NCBI RefSeq assembly: GCF_006345805.1
Contig: NC_043008.1
Location: 64,232,001-64,296,000 of the forward strand
Source of the DNA: Octopus sinensis
Taxonomy: Eukaryota
Direction: 5' to 3'
DNA: 64,000 bases
Numbering within the stretch: the stretch's first letter is position 1; every line of letters begins with the position of its first letter. This document shows positions 24,923 to 39,726 of this stretch, one piece after another. Position numbers and translations under genes: made by a program. Below the pieces are notes generated by a model. It worked only from the letters and a program-made list of their open reading frames with translations, was not told the origin of the DNA and did no database searches.

Positions 24923-25087
24923 TATATATCAATCTGCATATGTTTGTGCTTGAATGGTATATGGCTGTGTTCATAATTATATATGCATATGCATATGCAT
25001 ATATGTGTGTTAGTAGGTGCGCACGTGGATATGCATATATCTGGTATCGAACTCAGAATCTTGGGGTTAGTAGCCCACGCTCTTAAT
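24770..25087 (-). mobile_element. internally deleted copy of the tRNA-headed HHR repeat (family 2)
   Basis: Head TCGAACTCAGAATCTTGGGGTTAGTAGCCCACGCTCTT (25048-25085); AAGGTATTTTTCGATGTTGTT segment joined to GATATTGTCCTCATCT, so the HHR segment is missing. Confidence 0.55.
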
Positions 25088-25759
25088 AATAATAAAAGTT
25101 TGGGTCTCTTTGATCAGTATTATGCTGGGGGCTAAACATAAATAGTATGGATAAAAGAGATTGTTTTGGTTGCTATCAAAGATTTCCTGTTTTTTCGAAT
25201 TTGTTCAAATTGTTTTCAAATCTCATTATACTGATTGAGTTTTGCTTGTTGATTATTAAAATGAAATTCTTTTTGGCCATCAATTAATGAATAAAATCTT
25301 AATTGTTTTTAAAGTTGTAAATTATGGGTAACTTTAGCCAATTAAAAGCCACCGTTATACAACATGACTGTGAATCTCATATTGTCTGTTTCTATAGTAA
25401 CGAGCAAAAATTGCATACTGCCCTGTTTTCAGTGTTTGACATACACCTCTGTAATACTTTCAACACTTTGATCAACACCATAAGTTTTGATGCAAAAAAT
25501 CCCAGCACTTTACATTTGTTTTCTGACAGGCTAAAAATGATCAAACTATTAACCTCTCTTTTACTTGTTTCAGTCATTTGACTGCAGCCATGCTGGAGCA
25601 CCACCTTTAGTTGAGAAAATCAACTCCAGGACTTATTCTTTGTAAGCCTAGTACTTATTCTATCAGTTTCTTATGCTGAACTGCTAAGTTACGGGGACGT
25701 AAATACACCAGCATTGGTTGTCAAGCGATGTTGGGGGGGGGGCAAACACAGACACACAA

Positions 25760-25793
<34 letters not shown>

Positions 25794-26689
25794 CATTATC
25801 ATCGTTTAACGTCCGTTTTCCATGCTAGCATGGGTTGGACGATTTGACTGAGGGCTGGCGAATCAGATGGCTGCACCAGGCTCCAATCTTCATCTGGCAG
25901 AGTTTCTACAGCTGGATGCCCTTCCTAATGCCAACCACTCTGATTGGCTTTTTTCAGTTTCCGTCTACCAAATCCACTCACAAGGCTTTGGCTGGCCTGA
26001 GGCTATAATAGAAAACACTTGCCCAAGGTGCCATTTGCAATATTTTCTGGAATAAATGAATCCCAAAAATTCATATATCAGCCTGAAAACTTACATCAAT
26101 ATATTAAATTTGAAAATTTTCATTTAATTTTGAAATTTCCAAATCTGTGACTACAACCTAAAAGATTTAGGAAAAATAACAAAATATAAGGCACAAAAAG
26201 AAAATGACACTCCCCAGATGCAACAGAATATGCTTCAAAACACGAACTCACATAAGGAATCTTGCAAACCAAATCCAAAAACGAAACAAAGTATAATACC
26301 TGCATAAATCTTATTTTGTGTCAACAGTAAATCAATTAAAAGTCAAACCTGAATGTAATGTAAGAATTACCTTGCTTAATATCAGCAGCATGATGAATTA
26401 GGGAAAACATAATAACAATAATAATAATAACAATAACACAAGTTACAGTAGCAGTATGATACTGAATTATAATTTTGTGTTAATGAATAGAAACCTTATG
26501 CACTACTATCATTCTCTTCTCTCCCATCAGGATGACTATGTATGAGGAATAGCATTGAATCTCTTCATATATCCCTGTCATCGCTTTGTCTCCCCTATTA
26601 TTCCAGCCAGCCAGCACTATCACTCTTCCTTTACTTCCTTTTTAAACACTGTCTCATCTTAATCACTCTTTGTTTCATTAATTTTTATT

Positions 26690-26885
26690 CTCCAGTTCTA
26701 TATTTAAGAGATGAGGAATTAGTTACTTTATTTACACTTGACGGATATTTATCCTCATCTTGTTTGTAGTCAACACAGCATTTCAGCTGATATACCCTCC
26801 AGCCTCCATCAGGTGCATTGGGGAAATTTCAAACCTGGGTTCTCATTCCTAAGGTATTTTTTAATGTTGTTATTACTGTTTATTA
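26690..26885 (-). mobile_element. HHR-bearing repeat family 2, minus copy
   Basis: Minus strand 26817-26772: UGCAC CUGAUGG A GGCUG gaggguauau CAGCU GAAAU GCU GUGUU (degenerate HHR). Confidence 0.65.
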
Positions 26886-26887
26886 TT

Positions 26888-26938
<51 letters not shown>

Positions 26939-26965
26939 TCATCATCATCATCATCACCATCATCA

Positions 26966-27021
<56 letters not shown>

Positions 27022-27023
<2 letters not shown>

Positions 27024-27235
27024 GAGCATGAGCTACTAACCCCAAGATTCCAAGTTCAATTCCAGGCAGTGACCTGAATAATAATAATAACATCGAAAAA
27101 TACCTTAAGAATGAGAACCTAGGTTCAAAATTTCCCCAAGACACCTGATGAAGGATGGAAGGTATATCAGCTGAAACATTGTTAACAACGAACAAGATGA
27201 CAAATGTAAATAATGTAAATAATGTAATTTTATTC
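27022..27235 (+). mobile_element. tRNA-headed, HHR-bearing repeat family 2, plus copy
   Basis: Head AAGAGCATGAGCTACTAACCCCAAGATTCCAAGTTCAATTCC (B-box-like); 27140-27184 GACAC CUGAUGA AGGAUGgaagguauauCAGCU GAAAC AUU GUUA. Confidence 0.65.
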
Positions 27236-29589
27236 TTGTCTCTCCACTTATTCATCTTGGCTTTTCTCTTATTGTTCCATTTTGGATGTTTGCTACTTTG
27301 TATAAATGAGTCTTTGGGAATAATGATATCACTGTAGCCTTGTTGAGAACATAACAAGGGAACCTCACTAGTGTTGGTGCCATGATGAAAAGCACCTAGA
27401 GAAGTGTGTACCATGGTTGGTAATTGAGCAGATATAATGTAGGACTGAGATGATGTATCAGTTTTATTGAGGACATGAAAATCTTTTTAGAGCTGACATT
27501 CCAATAAAATGTACCTACTATATACTATAAAATGTTTGATATAAGAAAATATCCAATAGTTCTGGCTCATTTAAGAGGGCAGTCTAATTCTGAATAAGAA
27601 CTAACTCAGACCACAATGACCTGAGAAGTCCATTCCAAGCTATGCTAGCATGAAAAGTGGATATAAAATGAGGATGAACCATTAATTGAATAAAATCTCA
27701 ATGATTGTAAGAAATATGCACTTGGCAGGCAGGAGAAATAAAAATAAATGAAAATAAAAAAAACAGAACTTAGCTACTGTTAGGAACACGTACGGTCTCT
27801 AACCAGTTCATAAGTAACTGAAGTGGCATTGCTTTATCTCAGCTATTATCAAGGTATAGATTATTTAAGTGACTTTCGGGAGATTACTTGAAATAGCTAA
27901 GTACTTAGTATGCTTAACATTTTTTTCTCCATGTACTTACACTATAGAGACTTCTGAGACTGATGTCTGACTATTTGGAAAGTATGTAAGTAAAAGGCAA
28001 GTATATATCAAAGTGTATATCTTTAAATGCAACCACAATTTATGTTGCATGATCAAAATATGTGGAGTGGGTGACAGATAGCTGCACATAGAAAACAGTT
28101 TTGATTCTCTGTGCAACACAGACATTCATGCATGAGTGATTTTGTACATATGTTTCTGTAAAGATATAAAAGCCAAGAGATAAAGAAATATCACTTGCTT
28201 AGAAAAAGCAAAGAGTAAAGTTCGGATTTGCAAACTTTGTAAAAGTTTCTGGTTGAAATGCAAGACTACTCTGTTAAGATGACTTTTCGAAAAGTCGATT
28301 AAAGTTTTGCATAGTTTGTTTGTTCTGATGATATCATTTAGCAATCGTAGGACAGCTATGTTCCCGATGTTCCGTGTCAGCAATATACCGCTGGAATATC
28401 AGCTTTGACATGACATCAATCAAATAATGGCCCATTTGCATGATGAAAAGATTTAGATTTATCAATATGAGATGTCATTTCCATTTGTTTGCTTGGTACA
28501 TATCCAAAAGCTTTCTGACTTTACATGGGAGAGGTGAAGGCATTGCATGATATTTCGTTTGGTTAGCAACTTACCAAAATTAAAAAGAAAAAGGAATATC
28601 AAATTATGCCATCTTTTGAAAACTATAGTTTCCATGTCAACCATTCTTTAATATGTGATCGTGCCTGCTCAACCATGTATTAAATAGCATTGTAAATTGT
28701 TAAATATTCAGATAAAGAAGGCAAACAGAGATATCAAATGAGAGAAAAACTGAATATGAAAAGAAAATGTATAAAATTCAAATTTGCATATATTTGTCCG
28801 TCTATACAGATGTGTGTTTACTAATACCCATTTTCTATTTTTCTATAATGTATCTAAATTACATGCTATCTAGTTAGGGTCTCTGTTAATATGTAATTAT
28901 TTAAATAAAGTTGCACTTTTAGTCGAACAAATTAGCTACAAAAACTGTAATTTTCTATAATTCATTCATTAATAAATTTCTTCTGGCAAAGTACCAGATT
29001 TTACTAACATTTACCAAAAGACATAACTATTGTTCTCAGCTATTCTCTTCCACAGCAAAATCATAATTCCTTGTTGATAATTAATTTCTCAATTAACAGC
29101 TTACACTAAATATTATATCTGTTCTAATTACCATGCAAATTTAAATAATTATTCTGTATTTAATTCAATAATAAATGTTTTAGAAAGTACATTGGGATTT
29201 TGTCTGTATTAATGAAGGAAAACAGGGAACCAAGTGCAATATATTATTATATATGTAGCATAATACAGATTTCTTTATGCAAACAAAAGTACATTCAAAA
29301 ATTCATACCATATACTCAAAAATTACAAAATATTTATTTTCCATAATTAATTTATTCTGAAAAACAAAGAGCTTAAGTAATTAATAAATATATTTCAAAA
29401 ACATTTGGTTGGTGAACTTTTTAAATTTTTGAAAATTATAATTTACGGCAAAAGGCACGGCTGTGTGGTAAGAAGCTTGCTTCACAACCACATGGTTCTG
29501 GGTTCAGTCCCACTGTGTAGCACTTAGGGCAAGTGTCTTCTACTTTAGTTTCAGGCCTTGTGAGTGAATTTAGTAGACAGAACTGAAAA

Positions 29590-29830
29590 GGTGGTGAGCT
29601 GGCAGAAACGTTAGCATGCTGAGCGAAATGCTTAGCGGTATTTCGTCTGCAGTTACGTTCTGAGTTCAAATTCCACCAAGGTCGACTTTGCCTCTTATCC
29701 TTTTAAGGTCGATAAATTAAGTACCAGTTACGCACCAGTTATGCACTGGGGTCGATGTAATCGACTTAATCCCTTTGTCTGTCATTGTATGTCCCCTCTA
29801 TGTTTTGCCCCTTGTAGGCAATAAAGAAAT
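29590..29830 (+). mobile_element. SINE family B inserted in a family A copy
   Basis: GAAACTGAAAG motif of SINE A duplicated on both sides. Confidence 0.8.
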
Positions 29831-30003
29831 AAGAAACTGAAAGAAGCCCACTGTTATATAAACGTATATATATATATCATGTGATCACATGGCCGACCAG
29901 GCTATCAGATGCTGCAACACATCACTGGTCACAATGCACTTCACATTGTCTTAGCCTTCAAATGATGCCACCCCACTGGCTAAATGAGCAGGCCAATATA
30001 CAT

Positions 30004-30051
<48 letters not shown>

Positions 30052-30888
30052 TCATATGTATATATATATATGTATATATTTATGTGTGTAGGTCCTTGTG
30101 CCTGAATTTGTCCCTCACCCCCGCCACCATCACTTGACAACCAATGTTGGTGTATATATCCCTGTAATTTAGTGGTCCAGCAAAAGAGGCTGAAGGAATA
30201 AGTACTAAGCTTAGAAAGAATAAGTCCTGAGGTTGAAATCTTTGACTAAAAATCCCTTGAAGGCAATGCTCCAAAATGGCCACAGTCAGAAGACTGAAAC
30301 AAGTGAAAACATAAAAGAATAAAGAATAATCTTGATCAGATCTAACTTAGATCTTCAGCTTTGATTTTCATCTTTGAGAGGCAAATAAAATTAATTATTA
30401 GTCACAAGCAGAGTTGATTTAATGGACTGATAATCTGTCAGCATGCTAAAGGATATCATGGTTTCATAAAATCCAAAACCCTGTCCAACTGTGTGACTCT
30501 GGTGGTAAATGAAGTGACATAGTGATGGGCCCACACTTCTCTTATATCAGTTTTACCTATTTATTTAAGGTGGTGAGCTGGCAAAACCATCCTCATGCCA
30601 GACAAAATGCTTATTGGCATTTTGTCTGTCCTTAGGTTCAGAGTTCAAATTCTGTCAAGCTCAACATTGCCTTTCCTCCATTCAGTGTCGATGAAATAAG
30701 TACCAGTTATGCACTGGGGTCAATGTACTTGACTTATCCCCTCCCCAGAAATTGCTGGCTGTGCCAATCTTTGAAATCATATTAACTATTTATATCATCC
30801 TATATTCTACCAACTCAACAAAGACGTACACATACCATATTATTGAATTCTCTCTCTCTCTGTCTCTCTCTCTCTTTCTCTCTCACTT

Positions 30889-30922
<34 letters not shown>

Positions 30923-31432
30923 ACTTTCTCTCTCTCTCTCTCTCTCCTCTCTCTCTTTCTCTCTCACTTTCTCTCTCTCTCTCTCTCTCTCGCTCTCTCA
31001 CTCTATCTAAAAAATTGACTGGTATGATTTTAAACTGCATCTGGTAATGAGGTTCTGGTTCAGGAGTTATAGGATTTTGAGTAGTGTCAAACTACATCTT
31101 AGCCACAATTCTTTTCAGGACTACTCCAACCCAAAGTAGTAGCACCCGTCAGAACCCCAGCCATGGGTTAACTAACATATTAACATTTACCTACTAATGC
31201 ATGTGTAAACTGGATCCATCAGACTCTGCAGAAGAAACTTCGTAGTTCATCAGAAAGAAAGGTGCCTTTGGCAATGCCTTGTGGAGTGCAAAAAGCAAGA
31301 TGAGGGAAAAAAGACATCTTGGTCATCCAAGACATCCATTCCCAGTTGTCTTGAGCTAGTCTTGCCATTGGGCTGAAGATGGTCAAGGATGAGACAGTGA
31401 GGTTGGCAGTACACAATGCTTCTTCTCTTTAA

Positions 31433-31652
31433 CCTTTTAGTGTTCGCATTATTCTGCCAAAATTAATCTTTTTTATCCACATTGCTTTGAACTAATCATG
31501 CATTATCTTGTAGCTATGAGATTTTGATGAGGTAGCTGTTAATTTTTAAAACGATATTGTAGGGTTAGGGTGAGAGACCAGATCTGGCCAGTTTGAACAT
31601 AAAACAGGCAGAATACTTCTGGCCGGATATGGCCAGTTTAAATGCTAAAGGG
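31433..31652. mobile_element. piggyBac-type MITE
   Basis: TTAA on both sides (31429-32, 31653-56); imperfect TIRs CCTTTTAGTGTT / AATGCTAAAGGG. Confidence 0.6.
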
Positions 31653-32181
31653 TTAAACAAGGTCATGCACAGTTCATCAGTCTCACATCCAAAACTACTG
31701 CATGGCAGCTTTAGCAAACATCTTTTAATATAGCCTCAGGCTGACCTAAGCCTTATAAGTTGATTTGTTTAGATGCAGACTGAGAGAAGCTTGTCATATA
31801 GGTGTGTGTATGTCACCAAGCCTTTTTGTATGTTATTGTGTATGTGTATCAGAAAATTTATATAAGTCGAAATAATTTGTTGGCCTTTTATGGGTTTTTT
31901 AAAATAATTGTTTATGTTATATAATATTATGTTATATTATATTCACAGTATATCATTTAATATTATATCATAAATGAAATATTGGATTGTCAATAATATC
32001 TCTCTATTGAATTTATCTTTGTAATTGCATTATACCAATATTTACATGGTATTCAACTAACGTGCCAGTCAATTGGATGTTTAACACACCCCTTTGAAAG
32101 ATCACTTTTCCTCAGTTTGTTACTTAATGTATATATATATATATCTTTCTATATATGTCTGCATGTTTCTATCTATCTATC

Positions 32182-32221
<40 letters not shown>

Positions 32222-32226
32222 AACAC

Positions 32227-32263
<37 letters not shown>

Positions 32264-32350
32264 TAGATAGATAAATAGACAGATAGATAGAAACATACAT
32301 ACATAGAAAGATATATATATATACATTAAGTAACAAACAGAGGAAAAGAG

Positions 32351-32389
<39 letters not shown>

Positions 32390-32395
<6 letters not shown>

Positions 32396-33150
32396 TAAAT
32401 TAGAGATAAAACCACTATTAGGCAACTCGAACAGTGATAGACATAAACCAAAACATAAAAATCAAAAAATAAATATAATTAATATAATATACAATATATA
32501 TGTAAAATATGAAATTTAAAACTTAAATTATTAAAATTTGAAATTTTAAAATTTATATTTATAAATTTTTATATTTTTATATTTTTAAATTTTCAAATTT
32601 TTAGACTTAAATTTTTTTTTTAAATTAACCAAAAAGTACAAAAAAGTTAAGTATAATATAAGTAAAAACATTACGTAGTTTCATGGCTATAATTCAATTC
32701 AAATTACAATTAAGTTTAAATTCAATTAAAAATTTGAATTAAAATTATAGTCAATCTTTAGGTTAATGATAATACTTAAATAAATAAGCAAATAGAGTTT
32801 AACAATATTTTTAAAGAAATAAATAAAATAATAATTTTTCTTATAAAAAACTCAATTATCAAATTAGAAACTTAAAACATTAGGATTATGTCATACAACC
32901 CATTTATTATGTAAAATATTAATTTATAAGGTAAAAAAATAGATAGAAAAATGTATTAATCTATTAAGATATAATATGGCTTTAAAAACATAATAAACTC
33001 CCAAATATCCTTAACTCAGTTATATAGTCAATATCTAAATTATTTAACAAAATAATCACTATTCATATTTTTAAATTTAAGTTCACATCTAATAATTATA
33101 AAATATTTAAGAATAATAACTAAATTATTATCAATAAATATAATAATTAA
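32390..33150. mobile_element. extremely AT-rich dispersed repeat inserted at (TA)n
   Basis: First ~170 bp recur inverted at 11360-11515; class unresolved (possibly Penelope-like). Confidence 0.5.
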
Positions 33151-33476
33151 GATCTAAAATATATAGACATATACACCATGCTTATTCTCTACATACAAAC
33201 ATTCACATATTTCCCTTGTACACGCACACACATACACACGTATACACACATAGAGTTAAAACTCTGAATTTTTCACCCTTTCCTTCTTTATTCATGTATC
33301 ACACCTTCCTTTCTCTCATTGCTATTACTTTCTCTCACTCCCTCTCAGTCAGGGCTATTCCTCTCACTACGTCTCCTTCACTGAATTACTATTTTCTCTC
33401 CTCCACGCCCAGCATGATTCTACACAAATATATATATATATATATATATAATATATATATTATATATATATATATT

Positions 33477-33548
<72 letters not shown>

Positions 33549-35819
33549 ATATATATATATATATATATCAAATATATAAAAATACTATGCTCATTATTAT
33601 ATTAGGAGGATCTAGATGTCAACTCCTTCTCCACTACAATACTCTCACTGAACTGAGGGAAACTTTCTTTTGAGTTACTGGGTGGTTTTTCTAATGCCCA
33701 TGTCATGAAAATATGCCCAGTGCACTCTGTAAAGTGGATGGTGTTAGAGACGGTGTCCAACCATAGAAACAATACCAAAGCAAACATTGGTACTTGACAC
33801 ATTCTTTCAGCTCACCAGATTCTAATGAACTATCTAACCCATACCAGCATGAAAGATGAGTATTAAATGATAATGATACATATATGATGACACATGCATA
33901 CACACACACACACACACACACCACACACACACACACACACACATACAGAGGTGTGCACACACAATTATTTAGTATTCTATTGATTAGAGAATTTTGTTTC
34001 ACTTAAAAATTTAATGATTTCTACATGAACTTCTATAGTTTTCTGTTTCTGCTTTTAATGCATTTGGTAGTCAATAACATCTAAACAAACTTTATAAAGA
34101 ACTGTTGTCAATTTCTATTGTTCTGTAGCATTGATATACAAAGTATTAAAGAAAAGAGATGAAAAAAATAACAGAAACTTAATTCTGCACTTCTTCACTA
34201 TATTAATATCAACTACATGAGAATTGTATCACTTGCACAAAACTATGGAATTGTCAACTCAATTCTCATGAAAATTTTCAAGTAAAGTGCACCTAATGTA
34301 TTCATTTCAGTTTTGGTAACTTCACTGAAAAAACTGTAATAATGTAGTTTAGTAGTCAGCCATAACATTAATCCAATATAGTTTAATAGAGCCATCTGTA
34401 TCATACATTATGCAGATACATCACAAATAGACAAATTAATTATATTATTCATCTGATGATGTCTTTCATGGATATATTCTGTTTAAGAACAAAATACATC
34501 AGTAGCAAAAGAAAATCTTCAGGTAGTTGTGTCGAGAATGCTAAAGGCACATTTCTACCTTTTTGGGCTTTGACTGTAGTATATAGTTACTACCAGCTGC
34601 ATATTAAGGCAAGTTCATTCTCTACTGATATAGGAAAACTGTGGTCAAAATATCACTGGCATTTTAATTACGGACCCAACTGAATAAAAATTTGTTATAT
34701 GCAAGAGAAACAGTATTAGCTTAAAATAGCCATCTGTGCATTATACTTAATGTAGATACATTGTGAAAGTGCACCTGTGGTGTTCATTTGGATATAATAT
34801 CTCTTATAGATGCATTTATGTTTAAAAATATGAATATATCAATAGCAGATAGGCAGCTTATTCCAACAACAGTAATTTTACAATCTGTTTTCTTATATCT
34901 GTTGCAACAGATATTTTCTAATCATGCAGGAGTACATGATACTGACAACGCCTAATGAGGAAGAAATGCACATCTAAATTTCCCATTGCTGCTATAGCTG
35001 GACGAATTTTTAACGATTTTTGTCAGCTTTTTGATATATTTTTGTTTTTAAACTCAGTTCATTCGTATTTCTCCAGATGACTACTGCTGTTAAATTTCAC
35101 AATGTACCTGTATTAACTATAATACACAGGTAGCTATTTTAATCAAATGCTGATTCCATTGCACACGACAGATATTTTATATTCATGTCAAGGTAAGGCA
35201 ATGAATTGGCAGAATCGTTAGCAGACTGGACTAAATACTCAACAGAATTTCTTCTTGTTTTATGTTCCGAGAACAAAAGCTACCACAGCTGAGGATAAGT
35301 ACTGTCGGAGCACTGGGCTTGATGTAATTGACTTATCCTCTTCCTTAGAAATTGCTAACCTGTGATACAATTTGAAACCATTGTATTTATGTCTTTGGGA
35401 GATAAATTAGTGAAATGTATGAGTGTGGGATGTATTACACATTGTCATTTGGATCATTCATCCATTAGGTTCATGCTCAGCTTCTATCTACTGCCTTCTC
35501 CCATCTTCATCACCCTCTTCTCTATCACTTTGCATCCCTAATATAACTACTGTCTGTGTTCAACTCTCTCCCCAAAATCTTGCTTTGTGAATGTCTCTCC
35601 CAGTGCTGTGTTATCTGTGTAATGAGACACAGCAACCAGTCTCCATTTACAGTCACTTTTCTCTATTGTGAACTATCACTATATCTCTCCCATAACCCCT
35701 CCTTATAATCATTAATTACTTAAGTTTCAGCATACAAACTCCAATCAAGTTACTAACAAGACAAGGACAACTTTAAAATTCTAATATTTTGAAAAATTAA
35801 TAATAAAACTACCAATAAG

Positions 35820-36215
35820 CGTAGGAGTGGCTGTGTGGTAAGTAGCTTAATTACCATCCACATGATTCCAGTTCAGTTCCACTGCCTGGCACCTTGGGCA
35901 AATGTCTTCTACTATAGCTTCGGGGTGACCAAAGCCTTGTGAGTGGATTTGGTAGACAGAAACTGAAAGAAGCCCATTGTATATATGAATGTGTGTGTAT
36001 ATGTTTGTGTGTCTGTGTTTGTCCCCCCAATATTGCTTGACAACCGATGCTGGTGTGTTTACGTCTCCATAACTTAGCAGTTCGGCAAAAAGAGACTGAT
36101 AGAATAAGTACTAAGCTTACAAAGAATAAGTCCTGGTGTCGATTTGCTTGCCTAAAGGTGGTGCTCCAGCATGGCCGCAGTCAAATGACTGAAACAAGTA
36201 AAAGAGTAAAAGAGT
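35820..36215 (+). mobile_element. SINE family A, full length
   Basis: Complete head-to-tail match. Confidence 0.9.
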
Positions 36216-36899
36216 TAAAAAGTAATTCTTTAATTGACAATACCGATTGAATATTAACATTATATATTTTATATTTGGAGCAATTTTAGTATATGACTTT
36301 TTATTCAGACATCACATTTAATAAGTTAAATCAGTCTTAATAGCAACTGCCAAAACTGAAGTGAAGACATAACAGAGAACAGTTTTTTTTTAAAAGTCAA
36401 ACGCAATCACAGTTAAATGGCTAAACATCTGGAGAACTGTTTTTATTGAAACAAAAAAGAGAACTTTATTAGTTCCTAAATCAGAGAAATTAGTAAAAAT
36501 ATTTCATTTGACGGAGGAATGGCTGTAATTTATTTTTTTATATTCAGATATCAAAAAAATTTGACTTATTATTAATATCTACAAATTGGTAAATATTTTA
36601 TTGCTTTTTAAGTGTCAGTTACTTTTCAGTCAGCTTATTAATATTGCACATATATACATACATACATAAATACATGCATACATACATACATATATAAATA
36701 CATACATATATACATACATACACATCTACATATATATATACGTGTGTGTACAACGTATATATATCTACATATATGTATGTGTGTGTGTGTGTGCAATGAA
36801 TATATATCGTTATATATGTATACATGTATATATCGTTATATATGTATACATATATATATGTATACATGTATATATGTATATGTATACATATATGTTAGT

Positions 36900-37752
36900 A
36901 TCATCATCATCATCATCATCGTTTAACGTCCGTTTTCCATGCTAGCATGGGTTGGACGGCTCAACCGGGGTCTGGGAAGCCAGGAGGCTGCAGCAGGCTC
37001 CAGTTTGATCTGGCAATGTTTCTACAGCTAGATGCCCTACCTAACAGCAATGACTCTGCGAATGTAGTGAGCGCTTTTTACATGCCACTGTCACAGGGGC
37101 TAGAGGAAGCTGGCAACGTCCATGATTGGTTGGTGTATTTTACGTGCCACCGGCATGGATGCAAGTCAAGGTGGTGCTGGCATCGGCCATGTTCGGATGG
37201 TGCTTTTTACATGCCACCGGCACGAGTATCACAACTACAAATTCCATTTGATTTTTATTTTGGTGTTGATGTACTTGATTCAGTAGGTCTCCTCAAGCAT
37301 GGCAGGTTGCCCTACGATCCAAGGTAAGCACAGCAGGCTGTCTTGTGAGCCACGAACTCAATTTATTTGTCGGGTCTTCACAGTTACAGCATATCTCCAG
37401 AGGTCTGGGTCTTTTGACATTGTCTCTGAGCCCCAACGTCCAAAGGTTATGCTTGACCACCTCATCCCATGTCTTCCTGGATCTACCTCTACCCTGGATT
37501 CCTTCAACTGATAGGGAGTGGCAATTCTTCACACATCTCTCCTCATCCATCCGTACTACATGACCATACCAAACAATCATCTCTCCTGCACGCCACATCT
37601 GATGCTTCTTATGTCCAACATTTCTCTCAGGGTGCTTACACTCTGTCGCGTAGGCACACTGACATTACACATCCAGCAGATCATGCTAGCTTCATTTCTT
37701 TTGAGCCTACACATGTCCTCCGCTGTCACGGACCATGTTTCACTGCCGTGAA
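36900..37752 (-). mobile_element. RTE LINE, 5'-truncated
   Basis: LHGSETW..RL.RNEASM..WMCNV and WYGHV.RMDEERCVK..VEG..GRGR.RKTWDEVV; 3' UTR ends in an (ATG)n tail. Confidence 0.9.
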
Positions 37753-37784
37753 GCATATATATATATATATTTATATACACATAT

Positions 37785-37829
<45 letters not shown>

Positions 37830-37999
37830 TACACTAGCACAGACACACACACACACACATGCATGCACACACATGTATATGTACAGACTCATCAAGCCAA
37901 GTGAAATCCCAGTCGTTGCCGATGCCAGTGTCTTGCAACTGGTAGTCATGCTGGTGGAATGTAAAGAGCACCCTTTGAAAATTTGACAATATGCTGTGC

Positions 38000-38265
38000 T
38001 TAAGAAGACCCACTGTATTCTATCTCACTCTTTCAAGCTCAGAAAAGTGTATATTAAAATCTGATATGTATGTTGTAAATTTGTCCTTGCCTTCGAAACA
38101 CGGAGTAGATAAAACAGGGACAACTGAAGAAGGGGAATATTCTCTATGTTACATGTCTCGTTTCTCAGTTTGTTTTTTCATAGTTCGATAAAAAAGTTCA
38201 TTTCTATGCTTTTTTTTTGTTTTCGTTTCTCATTGTGTTCAACGTTTTTTTGATGTCCTGTACCC
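38000..38265. mobile_element. unclassified dispersed repeat at (TA)n
   Basis: GGGACAACT..AGGG and ..TGTCCTGTACCCATATATGCATG end recur at ~47025-47185. Confidence 0.55.
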
Positions 38266-38448
38266 ATATATGCATGTATATATACATATATATGTAGGTA
38301 TATATGTAGGTATATATATGTAGGTATATATGTAGGTATATATATGTAGGTATATATGTAGGTATATATATGTAGGTATATATGTAGGTATATATACATA
38401 TATATGTACATATATGTATATATGCATATATTTATATATTATTTATAT

Positions 38449-38494
<46 letters not shown>

Positions 38495-39385
38495 ATATAC
38501 ACATATATGTATATATACATATATATATTTACAGTATGCCTGTGTGTGTGTGTGAATGTAAGTGTGTTTGAGTGTGAGTATCTGTATGCATATGCATATA
38601 AGCATAAATATTTGCAAAAAGAGATAGAGAATGAGGAAGAGAGAATTAAAAAGCGGTAGCAGAGTTATGTGTGTATATTGATAATTAAATGTATGTAGAA
38701 ACCTGCATATATTCAATTTTGTTTCCCCACATATTTATTCTGTTTTTTTGCCCAAATTTATAAATAAAAAAAAGTACTATCATAAAGTAACAATGTGCAA
38801 TGAAGCCTCAAAATTTATTTTCTTTTTCCTTTTTCTTTTTTTTTTTGATTAACCAATTCTGTTCCTTGTATTGTTGTTGTTATTGTTGTTGTTGTTTTTG
38901 TTTTTCCATTTCTCTGTTTCATGTTCTAAGATTAAGTTCATTGAATAATTTCAGTAGACCAAATAATTGCTAAGATCTTGCTTTATACCTCTTTATACAA
39001 ATATTGATCAATATAAATTAATTATTGTAGTGGGTTCTCTCGCTTACAGGCCAGATCACTTTTAATTTTTTAGAAATAGCTAAAATAAATCTTATTTTGC
39101 ACAAGTTAATTTATTAGCCTGGAATTATTAAAGGAAAACAGAATGTTTATTATATTTATGTTTTTTTTTGTTTTCTATATCTCTAAGCAAAAAAAAAAAA
39201 CCAAAACAAAGCAAACAAACAAATAATCAAATGTAACAGTCTCTATGGATTTTAAAACAAGCAAATTATTATAATAATTATAAATATTATTATTATTAGA
39301 ACTGTTATTATTATTATTGATTATTGTTGTTGTTTTATAAATATAAATATAAATATAAATATATATAAACACACACGCATACATA

Positions 39386-39438
<53 letters not shown>

Positions 39439-39681
39439 TATATAATATATATATATATATGTATGTATAAATATATATAATATATATGTATGTATATGTA
39501 TACATATATATATATTCATTTAGATATATACATATGGATACACACACACAGACATGCATGCACATATATACACATATATACTCATTTATACACACATATA
39601 CATATATTTGCTGTTATTGTTGTTGTTGTTATCATCATCACCATCACCATCATGATCATCATCACCACCATCATCATCATC

Positions 39682-39726
<45 letters not shown>

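Noticed and set aside
28126-28383. 85-aa minus-strand ORF in unique sequence
   Set aside because: No ATG start, no convincing splice sites, no recognisable domain
32390-33150. Possible mitochondrial insertion (NUMT)
   Set aside because: No recognisable mitochondrial rRNA, tRNA or protein motif; behaves as a (TA)n-anchored dispersed repeat
38080-38140. Permuted HHR-like arrangement (CCUUC GAAAC..GUA..CUGAAGA AGG)
   Set aside because: Stem I does not pair and the motif is not kept in the 47040 copy
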